DNA of 64,000 bases. It comes from Salisapilia sapeloensis CBS 127946 (lineage: Eukaryota; Protista; Oomycota). Shown in pieces: positions 24,620 through 35,682 of the stretch. The stretch's first letter is position 1, and each line of letters begins with the position of its first letter. The DNA is taken from assembly GCA_023334545.1 (NCBI GenBank), contig JAADVB010000063.1, forward strand, positions 16,618 through 80,617, written 5' to 3'. Both the position numbers and the translations under genes were made by a program. A model generated the notes under the pieces. The model ran no database searches and was not told the origin of the DNA. It saw nothing but the letters and a program-made list of their open reading frames with translations.

Positions 24620-25946
24620 ATGGAGATAGCGACAGATGTACACAACGCCTCTGGGATGAATGATCTCGATCTTGATATACTTATGAACACCTTGCTGCCG
24701 GAGCATGACGATCATCTTGGCATGAACAACATTCCCAATAGTTCCGGTTCGCCCACGGAGACCACGTCTGACAGCTCCCATGGCACACCAACGGGCAAAG
24801 GTGAAAGTGACGAGCCGTCTGAACGCAAACGGCGTCGTCGAGAACAAGTCGCTGATAGCGGTCGTCGTCATCGCATGCGGAAGAAGCAGGAGCGGACGGT
24901 GCTCCACCAGCAAGTCTCGGAGCTGTCGACGCAACTTGAATCCATTCGATCTGCTCGACTGCAAAAGTACCAGAGCCCAGATATCTCTCGCTGGGCTGAA
25001 TATGCCGGTACCGAGCGTAAGAATCGCGAGCAAAGTGAAGCGACGAACGTGGAATTGCGTCGAGCTGTCCTTCGCCAAGGCTCGTTCTTAGCGAATCTAC
25101 GTTCCATGCTAAGTATCTCCACACGCGTCTCTGCTGACTTTGAGTTCCATCAATTGCTCCATACCGAGTGTCACTTGGGTGTAAGTGAAGCTTCTCGTCA
25201 GCGCGAGTTCGAACGCTTATCTTCTCCCGACCGAGTGGACTTGGCGATCGACCTACTGGAACGAGCGACCGGTCCAGCTGAAGTATCGACCAAGCCTGTA
25301 TTTAAAACCATGCGCACACACTCGCCGGATCACTTCCTCGGACTCATGTCCACATCGGTCTTTGCTTTCGACACGTTGGACATCAATTCGATTTTCAACT
25401 GGGCTCTTGCTGGCTTTGCGAACAGTGAGATTGAATTGGGTGAGAAGGAGTTATTGCAGACGGAAGCATCGGTCTATGCGGCGCCATCGAATCAGACAAA
25501 GTACTTTGGCGCGACCTTGCAGATCATCGATGGACAGCGGCAAGTCGAGTGTCAGATGGAGATGCGGACGTTTGTCGTCCAAAAACTTACGAATGAGTAT
25601 GCTATCGTCACATGGGATTACGTTGATGACGATAAACTCTATCCTCTCCATGCCCAGACACGAGTAAAACGAGATTGCGTCGGAGGGTACGTTCCTATTC
25701 AACTTGTACATGATAAACGTCATACTAATTCGATCAATGACTAGTGCCTTGGTTCGTCTGGAAGAGTGTATGGACGGAAAGAAACGTGTCGTGTGTCGTA
25801 TGATGTGCACGAAGCTGCATAAGTTTGCCAGTCGAGACTCTGTTTCGACCACATCGTTTTCTCAATCAATTCGGACGTCCTGTGATGCGGCATTAGTCGG
25901 CGTGTACAACCACATCAAAGAGAATACGACAAGTATTGCTGTGTAA
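24620..25946 (+). CDS. Atypical bZIP (Val at the Asn position), paralog of 22595-24034; 2 exons
   Basis: Intron 25687-25744. Basic region RRREQVADSGRRHRMRKK and zipper LHQQVSELSTQLESI. WAEYAGTERKNREQSEATNVELRRAVLRQGSFLANLRSM. C-terminal TWDYVDDDKLYP...RDCVGGALVRLEECMDGKKRVVCRMMCTK. Confidence 0.75.
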
Positions 25947-25992
25947 AGCTTCATGTTCATTTCTTTCATTCGTATCTTTCGACTTGAAACAT

Positions 25993-28614
25993 TTACACGC
26001 GGTCGAGAGGAGACCGAGACGTGTTCGGACGATTCTCCACATGCATGTACGACCGTCGCACGCGGAAGACGCGTTGGTAGAGCACAGCTAGTGTCACGGC
26101 GATGACGACACCTCCAACGCCGATCACCACGTATCCTACCTGTAACAACGAAGACGAGGCACTCGAGCCTTCAGAGACTGGGTGGATGACACCTAGGTTG
26201 GTGTTGGCTTCGGCCGTAGCAGCTTCTCCACCAGATGAACTGGAAGCAGACGTGGCATCGCTGCTAGCGTCCGACACTAGATTGGCAGTAGCCCAAGTCG
26301 ATTCCTTTGTGACACCAGTGTAGGGAGCTGTAGGCGGAGTAGTAGCTGGATGAGTCGACGGAGGGTAGGTGGGGAGACCAGAGGGTGACGTCGCTGGTGC
26401 TTCCGTCATCTCTTCTACCTCATCCGCCAAGCTGCTGTCGAAAATCTCGACTGCAACGTCCGAGTAGAGTGCAGTAGCTTCCGGAGCTTCTGTCAAGAGC
26501 ACTTCGAGGCCATTGTCAGCAGAAGGAGAGGGGAAAGACTCGTCCTTTAGAAATGCTGGTTCCGGTGCTTCGGTCAAGAGCACTTCTATCTCATTTTCAG
26601 AAGAAGCGGAGGTAGAAGTGGAAGCATCATCTGTCACAAACGTTTCTTCATCGCCAACTTCGACGTTGGTGATGTTAGTGGCATTGGTCCTACGATCGAT
26701 CGATCTCGTCTGTTTGGTAGATAGAGAGATGGAAGGGGAATGCCAGAACATGTTGCCTTGCACTTCATGTCCATTGTTCTCGTAGCTCCAATCGGCATTT
26801 GTGCGTGCATTTACAATGTGCGATTGTGGAGCAACAGGAGGGGACGGAGCGTCCTTTCCACTCTTCTGAGATGCCCACTCTTGATCCACGACTGAAGTAG
26901 CTCGAATCGACAGACTTTCCGCCTGTAGATCAGAAATATCGATACAAGCAGTGAAGAGAGACGTGCCGTACGTATCGATGTTACGCTCAAAGTTCGCATT
27001 CGCTCCACCTGGCATGAAAGAGAACTCAAAGGCACGACGTGATAGACCCATTTGTCCATCCGACTGCATTAGAATGTCCGTAAACTCCGGATCAGACGCT
27101 ACTTCGATGTACGTGTCATCGATCGAAACAGCTCCAAGGACTTCCCATGCCAATTGGACTTTAGTCGCCTTGTCTTTCGCGTATTCGAAGGAGCAATCGG
27201 TCGAAGTGCATGTGACGACTTGTGTGTCATCAAAGGACTGTCCACATTCTAATTGAGATAGAAGGTCCTTTTCATTCGGAACGAATTCAGAAGCAGAGAC
27301 AAAGTCATCAGAAGTGGAGACGTCTGCGGAAGACGCAGAGGAGACGTCGACCCAGCGAACATAAGGCTGGACCATGTCAATGTACATGAGCGCCAGTCGG
27401 ACGTTCTGAGGGATGTGGCCGACAGCAGACGTGTCGTCCTTGTAGTCAAAGAAATCAAGGTCCGCCTCGACGAGAGACGATCGGTCTCCTAACGCTTTCT
27501 CCTGCGGGCCCTTGTCGAACGAGGTTTCCACGAGCATGTTGAACGCACGATGAGTGGCGTCGTTGTACGTGGTCTTTTCAGGCGGGTATCCGCCGTACGT
27601 CCGTGGGTTACAAGGACTAAAGGGAGACTGGTCAGGGTCGTTATCGACTGCCTGGTTCTCCCATGAAGCAGCGTATCCCCAATCTTCCATACCACCCGTG
27701 ACACCATAAACAACTTCGTTCATGGTTCCTACAGGGTACATGCGTCCATCGGTAAATGGCTTGGCATAGATCTGTAAGATATTCGCGAGCTGGAACTGCG
27801 CAGTGTCGTCCGGAGACTTTTCACTCGTGCCTCGTTGTTGGTTAATATAGTGGTTCGGAGAGCCCCATTCGTACGTAAGAGCTCTTGTGCCACCATGGAA
27901 GGTGATACCGAGTTGGAACATGTGATCACGCCAGATTTCATTCACCACACGCGCCGTCATGGTCTTCATGCAGTCTGCTCCAGAACGCATGTAATTGAAA
28001 TCGCGGTTCGGATCGACGCCATATTCCGTACGGACTCGGTGAGAGTAGCCATAGGCATTTGTCATGGGTGTGAGAATCACATTTCGAGTGTTCACGAGTT
28101 CGTACAGCCACTTTTGCGTGTTGCGTACTTGAGAAGCTTGTGTAGACGAATTGGATACGGCAGGAGAGTCCGGGTGAAGGTAAACGTCGACGGATTTGGC
28201 GATAAAGCCAATGAGCTCCAGCGTAGTAAGCGGACCAACAATTTCATCGCCGTGGACAGCGCCTGAGATAAAGACTTCAGGACGCTGCGGATCATCGGCG
28301 AGGGTCGAGTGGTTCGTTAAATGGACGATTAGCTGTTGACACGGATCGTCGTTGGCACCACACGTAAGCTCTTGAGGATACGGTAAGCCGTACTCTTCTT
28401 GTGCGACGGAGAGACGAACTGTCTCAGGATAAAGCGCGCTGAGCTCCTGGAGCTCGGCCGTAAACGCGTCATAGTTACGGTATTGGAAACCTTTTTCCCC
28501 CGCATTGAGAGCTGCATCCACGCCACATGCAAGGCATAATGCACATGCAATGGCAAGACAAGGGAGGATGCCTGGGAAGCCCGTGGAGGCTTGTGATCGT
28601 CCGACTCGCGGCAT
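25993..28614 (-). CDS. M14 zinc carboxypeptidase with signal peptide, Ser/Thr-rich stalk and C-terminal transmembrane helix; single exon
   Basis: Signal-like ILPCLAIACALCLACGVDA. Zn ligands GAVHGDE (HxxE) and ITFHGG; DPNRDF; GGMEDWGY; catalytic-type LVET. TM segment VGYVVIGVGGVVIAVTLAVLY. Confidence 0.88.
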   Translation of the reverse strand: MPRVGRSQASTGFPGILPCLAIACALCLACGVDAALNAGEKGFQYRNYDAFTAELQELSALYPETVRLSVAQEEYGLPYPQELTCGANDDPCQQLIVHLTNHSTLADDPQRPEVFISGAVHGDEIVGPLTTLELIGFIAKSVDVYLHPDSPAVSNSSTQASQVRNTQKWLYELVNTRNVILTPMTNAYGYSHRVRTEYGVDPNRDFNYMRSGADCMKTMTARVVNEIWRDHMFQLGITFHGGTRALTYEWGSPNHYINQQRGTSEKSPDDTAQFQLANILQIYAKPFTDGRMYPVGTMNEVVYGVTGGMEDWGYAASWENQAVDNDPDQSPFSPCNPRTYGGYPPEKTTYNDATHRAFNMLVETSFDKGPQEKALGDRSSLVEADLDFFDYKDDTSAVGHIPQNVRLALMYIDMVQPYVRWVDVSSASSADVSTSDDFVSASEFVPNEKDLLSQLECGQSFDDTQVVTCTSTDCSFEYAKDKATKVQLAWEVLGAVSIDDTYIEVASDPEFTDILMQSDGQMGLSRRAFEFSFMPGGANANFERNIDTYGTSLFTACIDISDLQAESLSIRATSVVDQEWASQKSGKDAPSPPVAPQSHIVNARTNADWSYENNGHEVQGNMFWHSPSISLSTKQTRSIDRRTNATNITNVEVGDEETFVTDDASTSTSASSENEIEVLLTEAPEPAFLKDESFPSPSADNGLEVLLTEAPEATALYSDVAVEIFDSSLADEVEEMTEAPATSPSGLPTYPPSTHPATTPPTAPYTGVTKESTWATANLVSDASSDATSASSSSGGEAATAEANTNLGVIHPVSEGSSASSSLLQVGYVVIGVGGVVIAVTLAVLYQRVFRVRRSYMHVENRPNTSRSPLDRV
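26390..26590 (-). repeat. Three degenerate TEAP-containing repeats in the carboxypeptidase stalk
   Basis: EVLLTEAPEP, EVLLTEAPEA and EEMTEAPAT. The DNA GTCAAGAGCACTTC occurs twice, near 26491 and 26573. Confidence 0.6.
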
Positions 28615-29165
28615 CAGGTCCGAAGTCGATTCGTTAGTGTGAAAATGGTTCAAAACAAGCTGCTTTCGATCTGATTATATGCTGGCGGTTGATTGGTAGA
28701 AAATGTGTGGAGGGAGTATGATTGGTTGGATAAGCGGTAACCTGGAGTTGATCATGGTGTAGAGCTTGGGAAGCTGTAGTGAGTTCCGTTGGACGACTGG
28801 TGCAACGATACATGCAGTAGACTTTATCAGGTAGAGACGTTCTGGTTCTTTCTGTCGAGTAGACATGCTATTATGACTGTATGGTGTTTGATGCGTCTAC
28901 TCCGTTTTAGATTGATAGGGATGCTGGGTGTGGTATTTTGGTCAATTTAGACGGAGATTTAATGTCGTGAGATGGATATCTTGTTCGCTTGCATGTACAA
29001 AGTATGACAGTATAAGCTTTACTTGCTCCGTGTAGATACCGATCCGAATCTGATTCGATGAACGACCGTTCAACGTATTTGAGCGATCGGGTGCTGATGC
29101 GTGTGCTCCACTTATAAAATTTGCACATCAAAGTCAATTGTAGCAAGTGGAATTGGATGACATCG

Positions 29166-29181
29166 ATCAACTACAAGTACA
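29166..29181. repeat. 16-mer ATCAACTACAAGTACA, also at 35112-35127; candidate cis-element
   Basis: Identical 16-mer in two different divergent intergenic regions. Core TACAAGTA also occurs at 29178, 29363 and 38098. Confidence 0.45.
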
Positions 29182-29486
29182 AGTACGACTGATTCGCTGC
29201 AGCTTTCCAGCCGTATAGGATGTACTGACCAACTCGCTCTGTTTGCTACAAACCTCTATAACAACGTTACCAATACGACACATTCACGCAGACACATTCC
29301 GACAGCTCAACTTCTACTATGCACAACGAAACCTCTAAATAGACCAAATAGACCTCGAAGCGTACAAGTAGAAATTCAAATCACTCTTTTTATAAAATAT
29401 GCATTTCCGCTCTGATTGCGTCATCTGTCTGGTACAACTAAGACACTTCAGTAGACGACACTTCGAACAAAAAATCAGCGATCAGC

Positions 29487-30161
29487 ATGAGCGAGAGCGC
29501 CAAGGAGCTCCCGAAGGGATGGAGAGAGGTGCAGAGCAAGAGCCGTCCGGATAAGGTGTACTATTTGCACGAAAAGTCGGGCGAGAAGACATGGAAAATG
29601 TCCCACGTCCATGCAAAGGAACGAGAGTTCCGGAAGCAAGGCGGGAAAGACCGGCACAAGCGCCGGAAGGACCAGGACGGTCGGTCTGTGCATACGCTGC
29701 ACATTTTGGCCAAGCACGCCGGTTCGAGGCGACCGTCTTCTTGGCGACAGGAAAACATCACACGTAGCAAAGCTGTCGCTGTGGCTAAAATCGAAGGCAT
29801 TAAGGAGAAACTTCAGGCCGTTGCGAACGAGCACAGTGACGACGTACGATCTTATCTCCTTTGCTCCTGCTATGTACTGATGTAAGCTTATAGAAGGAGT
29901 CGACTGCCGTTCGAGAACGCTTTGAAGAGATTGCAAAGGAAGAGAGCGACTGCAGCAGGTCTCTTCTTCTTCCTACACGAATACAAGTGAGATGCTGATA
30001 TCTGTCTACCTAGTGCGAAGCGAGGCGGTGACTTGGGACCTTTCACGGCTGGGAAGATGCAGCCAGCCTTTGAGAAAGCTGCCTTTGGATTGGAAGTGGG
30101 TGAATTGAGCGACGTCGTCGAGTCAGACAGTGGCATTCACATCATTTTACGCATCGGATAA
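29487..30161 (+). CDS. PIN1: Pin1-type peptidyl-prolyl isomerase (WW + parvulin); 3 exons
   Basis: WW domain [29 protein letters not shown]. Catalytic [40 protein letters not shown] and SGIHIILR. Introns 29844-29893 and 29959-30013. Confidence 0.93.
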
Positions 30162-30232
30162 ACTGATTTTCCTTCTCTTTATCTCTGTACCATGTGCAAT
30201 ATCAAGACAGGTGCATTCTCAAGTGTAAAAAT

Positions 30233-32179
30233 CTATTGTTCCACGGCAAAAGCTTTGCTAAATGCGTCCTGCTCTTGGAAAAGTCCCTGCGGTTCACGGA
30301 ACGCAAGCGGGACTTCTCCTTTGCCCTTTCGTTTCACCTGTTTTTCCACCAAACTCTTGTACGTAATATCGAGACTTGGTTCAATATCGAGGAATTGTGT
30401 CTTGAGTTTCTCTTCAAACACTTTTGCTCGAATCGCGACATCGGCATTGTAGTGCTGTCGCATCGAATGTAGTTCCCACAATGAGCTCTGCAACGCATGA
30501 CATGTCTTTGGATCCTGCGTCTCATTATCAAACGGATCATTCCCGTGCTCTAATGTCACGTTCAAATTGTCCTGCGCTAGTTTCTTTGCTGCAGCATCCA
30601 CTGCATTCGACTTACTCAATTGCTCTCGTCGGATCTTGGCTTGCTCTGAAGCTGTCGACGTGCCTGTTCGATGGATCAGTTGGAGACACTCTTGATGCCG
30701 AACGATCAGGTTGTACACCATCGGAATGACGAACAGGATGACACCTGGCTCGGCGAAGAGAGCTAGTCGAGCAAGACGTTTCGCAAATGCTGCGATCATG
30801 TAGGCTGGTAAGTGCGTCGAGGACAAAAAGAGGTGCAAGAGACGGAAGAAACGATCACGTTGCTTGGACGTGAGGAGCGTCCGGTCCGCGAGGAGACGGT
30901 AGAGCTTAGTGTAAAAGTCTGGATAGTCAAAGTTGTACTCTTGGATGAGGACGAAGAGACTGTTGAGTGCGAGAAGGCTCGTGACGCCTCCGACTTCATA
31001 CGAGTCCGTGAGGAAGTCTGCCAAGAGCAGAGGATTACGGAGGTGCGGCATGATGTCATCTGGAAGCTGTGTCAGGATCTGTTTGTACGCCGAAGGTGGG
31101 AGCGGATGGCGCAAGAGAGCGATCCAGGCAAGGCTGAAGGCATATTCATGCTGCTTGACACTGTTCAAACCTCGAGTGGGGGTGTTTGGGGCTGAGCGTT
31201 TGTCTCCGACCTGTTCCTCTTCGTCCGAGCTCTCATCATCGGAGCTGTCACTCACAAGCTCATCATTGGGGAGAGCGTCGGATGAGGTGAGAAAGCTTGT
31301 GATGTCGTCTGGAGTCTCTGGCATGTGGACCATTGCTAAAAGGCGTAGAGCATTGTTGACAACGGTGTAGTCTCCGTCTTCTGCTTGGTGCTTGTCCAAG
31401 ATGTTGGCCATGTTCTTCAAAGTGTAGTACTGGACGTCTGAGTACGCACCGACGTACTCTCCCTTAAAGACACTTTCCAATTCGTTCTTAAGTGTCGTGC
31501 CATGCAAAAGCTGACGAATGAGCCGCATGAAGGTTTCGTTACTGAATGTCGTGCGACTCTCGCCTTTAATTTCACTTTCACGAGCAACAAATTCCATCAG
31601 AGTACGTAGAGCATGGACTTGGAGGTTCGGATCGACAGTCGAGTCAGTGACGAGCGTAAGCATGTCGCCAATGAAGTGGACGTAGATGTCCCACAGCCAT
31701 TGACTGAATTTGGTCTCGGCTGAAGTCGTTTTTGCCTTTTTAGCCGGCGGAGGAGCTGTGTTGGAGGACGGACCTATATGTGAATTATAATGAGATGCTT
31801 TGATCATACCGACGTCAGTACATGTGAAGTGCGTACGCTTTAAATCGCCCTTGTCCGCAAAATGCAGTAGCAACCGTCGAACGGATTGGATGGCAGCTTG
31901 CACAATCGCCTGCATTCACATCACATAGATAAATAAGTCTCAGAATGCTCCTGTAGTATAAAGGGCAAAAAGTATGGCTCTAGTACCTTGTCTTCGTTCT
32001 GAAGTGCCTTCACGAGCTTTGGGAGTTCTATTGCCACAAGTCGATTCCAGTAAACATAAAAGCACATTAGCATTCATCCTTTTCACCAAAAGACAGCCAG
32101 TAGATTGCATACCGTTAATGCGCTTAACATCTTCTCGAATCGCTGCTTCGAGCTGCTTGACTGCTGCCGGAGAGTTCAT
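30233..32179 (-). CDS. NOC4: Nucleolar complex protein 4 (CBF/Mak21 family); 3 exons
   Basis: LLADFLTDSYEVGGVTSLLALNSLFVLIQEYNFDYPDFYTKLY...RFFRLLHLFLSSTHLPAYMIAAFAKRLARL, DPFD, ALQSSLWEL...HY. Two short 5' exons. Confidence 0.9.
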
Positions 32180-32324
32180 ATCGACGTGTCTCCTATTGGT
32201 GTCCAACAATTTGATTCTCAGATGGAGTATGACATAATTTAGCTCGAGGCTAAATTTACATTTGGAATGACTCGAAAGAAGCGACATTCGTCATAATAGA
32301 ACGGTCGAGTGGGAAGGAGGTGCG

Positions 32325-33710
32325 ATGGACGAAGCTGATGAGCGAGATCAGGAGCACATGTACCTAGGTTTCCTACGAAATTTGCGATCTGATGACTCGG
32401 CTTTTAATATACGTACGAATGGATTTGATAATGACCGACTTTGGCTGACGATATGTGCTTCGACTCAGATGAATTAACATCCTTTGCCGGGTCCGAAAGT
32501 CTATCCGATCTAGATGTACCTCTGCATCAGTATTCGTATCAAGAGACCAATGTCTTTGGATCCATTGCACCGAGTGTCGAGCTTCTTGCGAGTGACGATA
32601 ACTCGGAACTTGAATCGAAAGTCGATGCCGCATCCGAACTATCCATCGGTCCAAACGTCTTGGCTGTAAATGATAAAGGTAGGTGCCTCTACCTCGTCAA
32701 GAAAAGTGCGAGATGCACACGTTCTGCGACTGGTCAAGACGGTCGATGTGCTCTGCATAAGCTCAGTCAGTTCTGTCGAAAGCCACTTTGTTCCAAGTTC
32801 AGTCAAGGCAATGGCTTTTGCATTCAACACGGTGGAGGCAAACGATGCTATGCTCTCGGGTGTGAAAAGCTAGCCCAAGGCTCTGGTTTATGTGCCACGC
32901 ATGGTGGAAAACCAATGTGTCAGGTCCACGGATGTACTAACAAGGGGTTGGAAGGAGGGTACGTTCGTAGCTAACTAGTCCAATCTTCGTGTCTAAAATA
33001 AATGGAGCAGGATATGTAAGATGCATGGCGGTGGGCGATACTGTCAGGCGACAGGTTGCTTGCAGCGAGATCGTGGAGGAGGCTACTGTAAGACGCATGG
33101 AGGTGGCAAAGCGTGTGCCTTGCAAGGCTGTCAGAAACTTAGTCGGGGAGGCGGTTTCTGCAGGATGCATGGCGGAGGAAAACGGTGTGATGTGGCTGAC
33201 TGCTCGAACTGGGCCATTGGCGGCGGCGTCTGCTTTATGCATAAGGGCCCGGGGCAACGGTGTACGACTATTGGCTGCACGAAGTACGACATGGGCGGTG
33301 GACATTGCATCTCCCATGGAGGAGGTCGCAAGTGTATCGTGGATGGATGCGACAAGGTCCAACAAGTGAACAAGCGTTGTCGAGGACATGGAGGGAAGAA
33401 GCTGTGTAGCATGGAAGGATGCCAGCGTGCAGCGCAGAACTATAAACTTTGTAAGTCACATGGTGGCGCAAAGCGATGTCTTTCAGATGGATGCATGAAT
33501 ATGCAGAAAGGGAGAGGGTATTGCATTCGTCACGGAGGTGGGACCAAATGTAAGACGGAAGGATGTGATGCCATCGACCGTGGCGGAGGGCATTGTAAAG
33601 CCCATGGCGGAGGGAAGAAATGTTCGATGGAGAGCTGCAAGAAGTGGGTGCTTGGTGGTGGGCTCTGTGGAGAGCATCAAGACAAGGACGACTCGACCGA
33701 AATGGCGTGA
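32325..33710 (+). CDS. WRKY19-like Cys/His repeat protein (12 regular plus 1 degenerate 24-aa C-x4-C-x9-C-x2-H-GGG repeats); 3 exons
   Basis: Repeats such as KRCYALGCEKLAQGSGLCATHGGK and KACALQGCQKLSRGGGFCRMHGGG follow an acidic Ser-rich N-terminus. Introns at about 32367-32469 and 32959-33010. No WRKYGQK motif. Confidence 0.8.
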
Positions 33711-34224
33711 GCATTTGAAGTGATATGGATGCGTGCAGTAGTGAACAGGAATGATGCGTTTTACTATTATCCGTACGTGTTCCGTTGTTTTGTTCTTTAT
33801 TTATTCACCAGATTCAAACGTTCCAGACGTGTATGTATACGAATTGTGCTCGCAAGCTACGGAGTATTCGCCTTGGTTTCTTTATGTTTGAACTCTTGTG
33901 AAGGGCTTAAGTAGTGTTAGACGCAGAAGCTCGCATCGAAGCCAGACATATCATCAGTTATTACTGAATCAAAAGTTTCATATTTGTCCTCTAGTACAAG
34001 TGGTAGACGACAAAACAAACGAGAGAGTGCCTTTAATGACTTTTGTCACTTTGTCAGGATACTACGCGTAGTCAATTCAACCAGAATAAAATTGAAAAGT
34101 TAAAAATGTGTTTATGAACAAGTTTATCCTTTGGATATCTTGCTGATATTGTAGCAGCTATATTCCATTCTATTTCTTTTTAATGTGTGTGAAAATGAGG
34201 TTTTGAGCTGAATGAAAACTTGAA

Positions 34225-34998
34225 TTAGTAGTCAGGGTCATTGGAGCTACGGTAACCTCCGTCGATTCGGATGTCGGTGCCGTTGATGAAGGGGCTCTCG
34301 ATAATATGGAGTGCTGTACGAGCGTAATCTTCTGTCTCGCCTCTACGAATAGGGAAGACCAGATCTTGACTATGTTTTTCAGACACGACACTTCCAGGGA
34401 CCATGGGTGTTTCCATGACACCGGGACTGATAGATACAACGCGAATACCATACTTTCCCAGATCACGTGCAAGTGGCAATGTCAGCCCCAAGACGGCGGC
34501 CTTGGAAGTACAGTACGCAGCAAAGTATTTGGAGCCATCGTGGCCACCAACGGATGATGTATTGATGATAACACCTCGCTCGCCTCCCTCATTTGGGTCT
34601 GCCTTTGACATCCTTTCAGCACCAAGACGGCAGGTATTGAATGTTCCGACGACATTGACGTCCATGAGGCGTTGAAATAACTCCAACGAGTGGACTCCGT
34701 CTTTGTTTAACGTTGGGAGCGTGGCTAGAATACCAGCGCAGTTGATGAGAACATTTAAGGGCTCATTAAATTCATTTTCAATGTGGTCCAGTGCAGTCTT
34801 GACATCATCTTCACTTCGCACGTCACCGGCGATAAACCTGGCTCTTTTCCCCATCTCTCTAGCAACTTGTTCCCCTTGAGATGACGGCATATCGAACAAC
34901 AATACCTTCGCCCCTTGGTTCATGAGACGTTGTGCTGTATGTCTGCCAAGGCCAGAAGCACCACCGGTGATCATTGCAACTTTACCCCCGAAAGACAT
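34225..34998 (-). CDS. HSD17B10: 3-hydroxyacyl-CoA dehydrogenase type 2 (HSD17B10/Scully-like SDR), single exon
   Basis: TGGASGLG, DVRSEDDV, LINCAGI, NVVGTFN, GERGVIINTSS, catalytic YCTSK, TLPLARDL, NGTDIRIDGG. Confidence 0.85.
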   Translation of the reverse strand: MSFGGKVAMITGGASGLGRHTAQRLMNQGAKVLLFDMPSSQGEQVAREMGKRARFIAGDVRSEDDVKTALDHIENEFNEPLNVLINCAGILATLPTLNKDGVHSLELFQRLMDVNVVGTFNTCRLGAERMSKADPNEGGERGVIINTSSVGGHDGSKYFAAYCTSKAAVLGLTLPLARDLGKYGIRVVSISPGVMETPMVPGSVVSEKHSQDLVFPIRRGETEDYARTALHIIESPFINGTDIRIDGGYRSSNDPDY

Positions 34999-35682
34999 CT
35001 TTGCAAAAGATCGTATTTAAATGTTTGATAATGTTTGGAAGTCGATCGCTTTGCTTTAGAAGATCCGATTATAAAATGAGATTGATGATACCAAAAAGAT
35101 ATTTTGAACGTATCAACTACAAGTACAACCTCTCGTTGATTGTGTCCGCTTCTACTCGATCCTTATAAATGTATGTTTCCATGTGAACGTGATAGAGAGC
35201 ATGGTTTATAGTCGTATAATTGTAGATCTAAAAGCCTGCAAATCTTATCAATGGGTGATCGACGAGTACATAACACGCTGGATGCTTTTGGTGCTTCCGT
35301 GTTCCTTGTACAGCGTAGCTAAAAGAATGTGCACGTTTTCAATGTCCGCTACCACGCAGCAAATACAAAAGCTTATCGGAAATTTCGCATGCCATTGAAG
35401 CTTCGTGGTTAAAGCAACAGATATATTACTGGAATTTGCTTGGTAAATGAACATTTGACAAGCATAGAGTATTCAAATACTTGAACATTGCCTAAACGAG
35501 AGTTGATCACGGACTGCATCAATGGTTTCTAGCCCCGCTAAATAAAGCTTGCAATAAACTTTCGTAATTTTACAAATAGTTTTCAATTCTTCCAAGGGTT
35601 CGGTCAATTGTGCACTACTATACCCCATTTCCATACTTTGACACGCATGACTCAGATTTGAAAAATCAATCACAAGACAGCG

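Noticed and set aside
32325-33710. Calling this a WRKY transcription factor
   Set aside because: There is no WRKYGQK or WRKY zinc finger; it only shares the repeat found in the N-terminus of Arabidopsis WRKY19.
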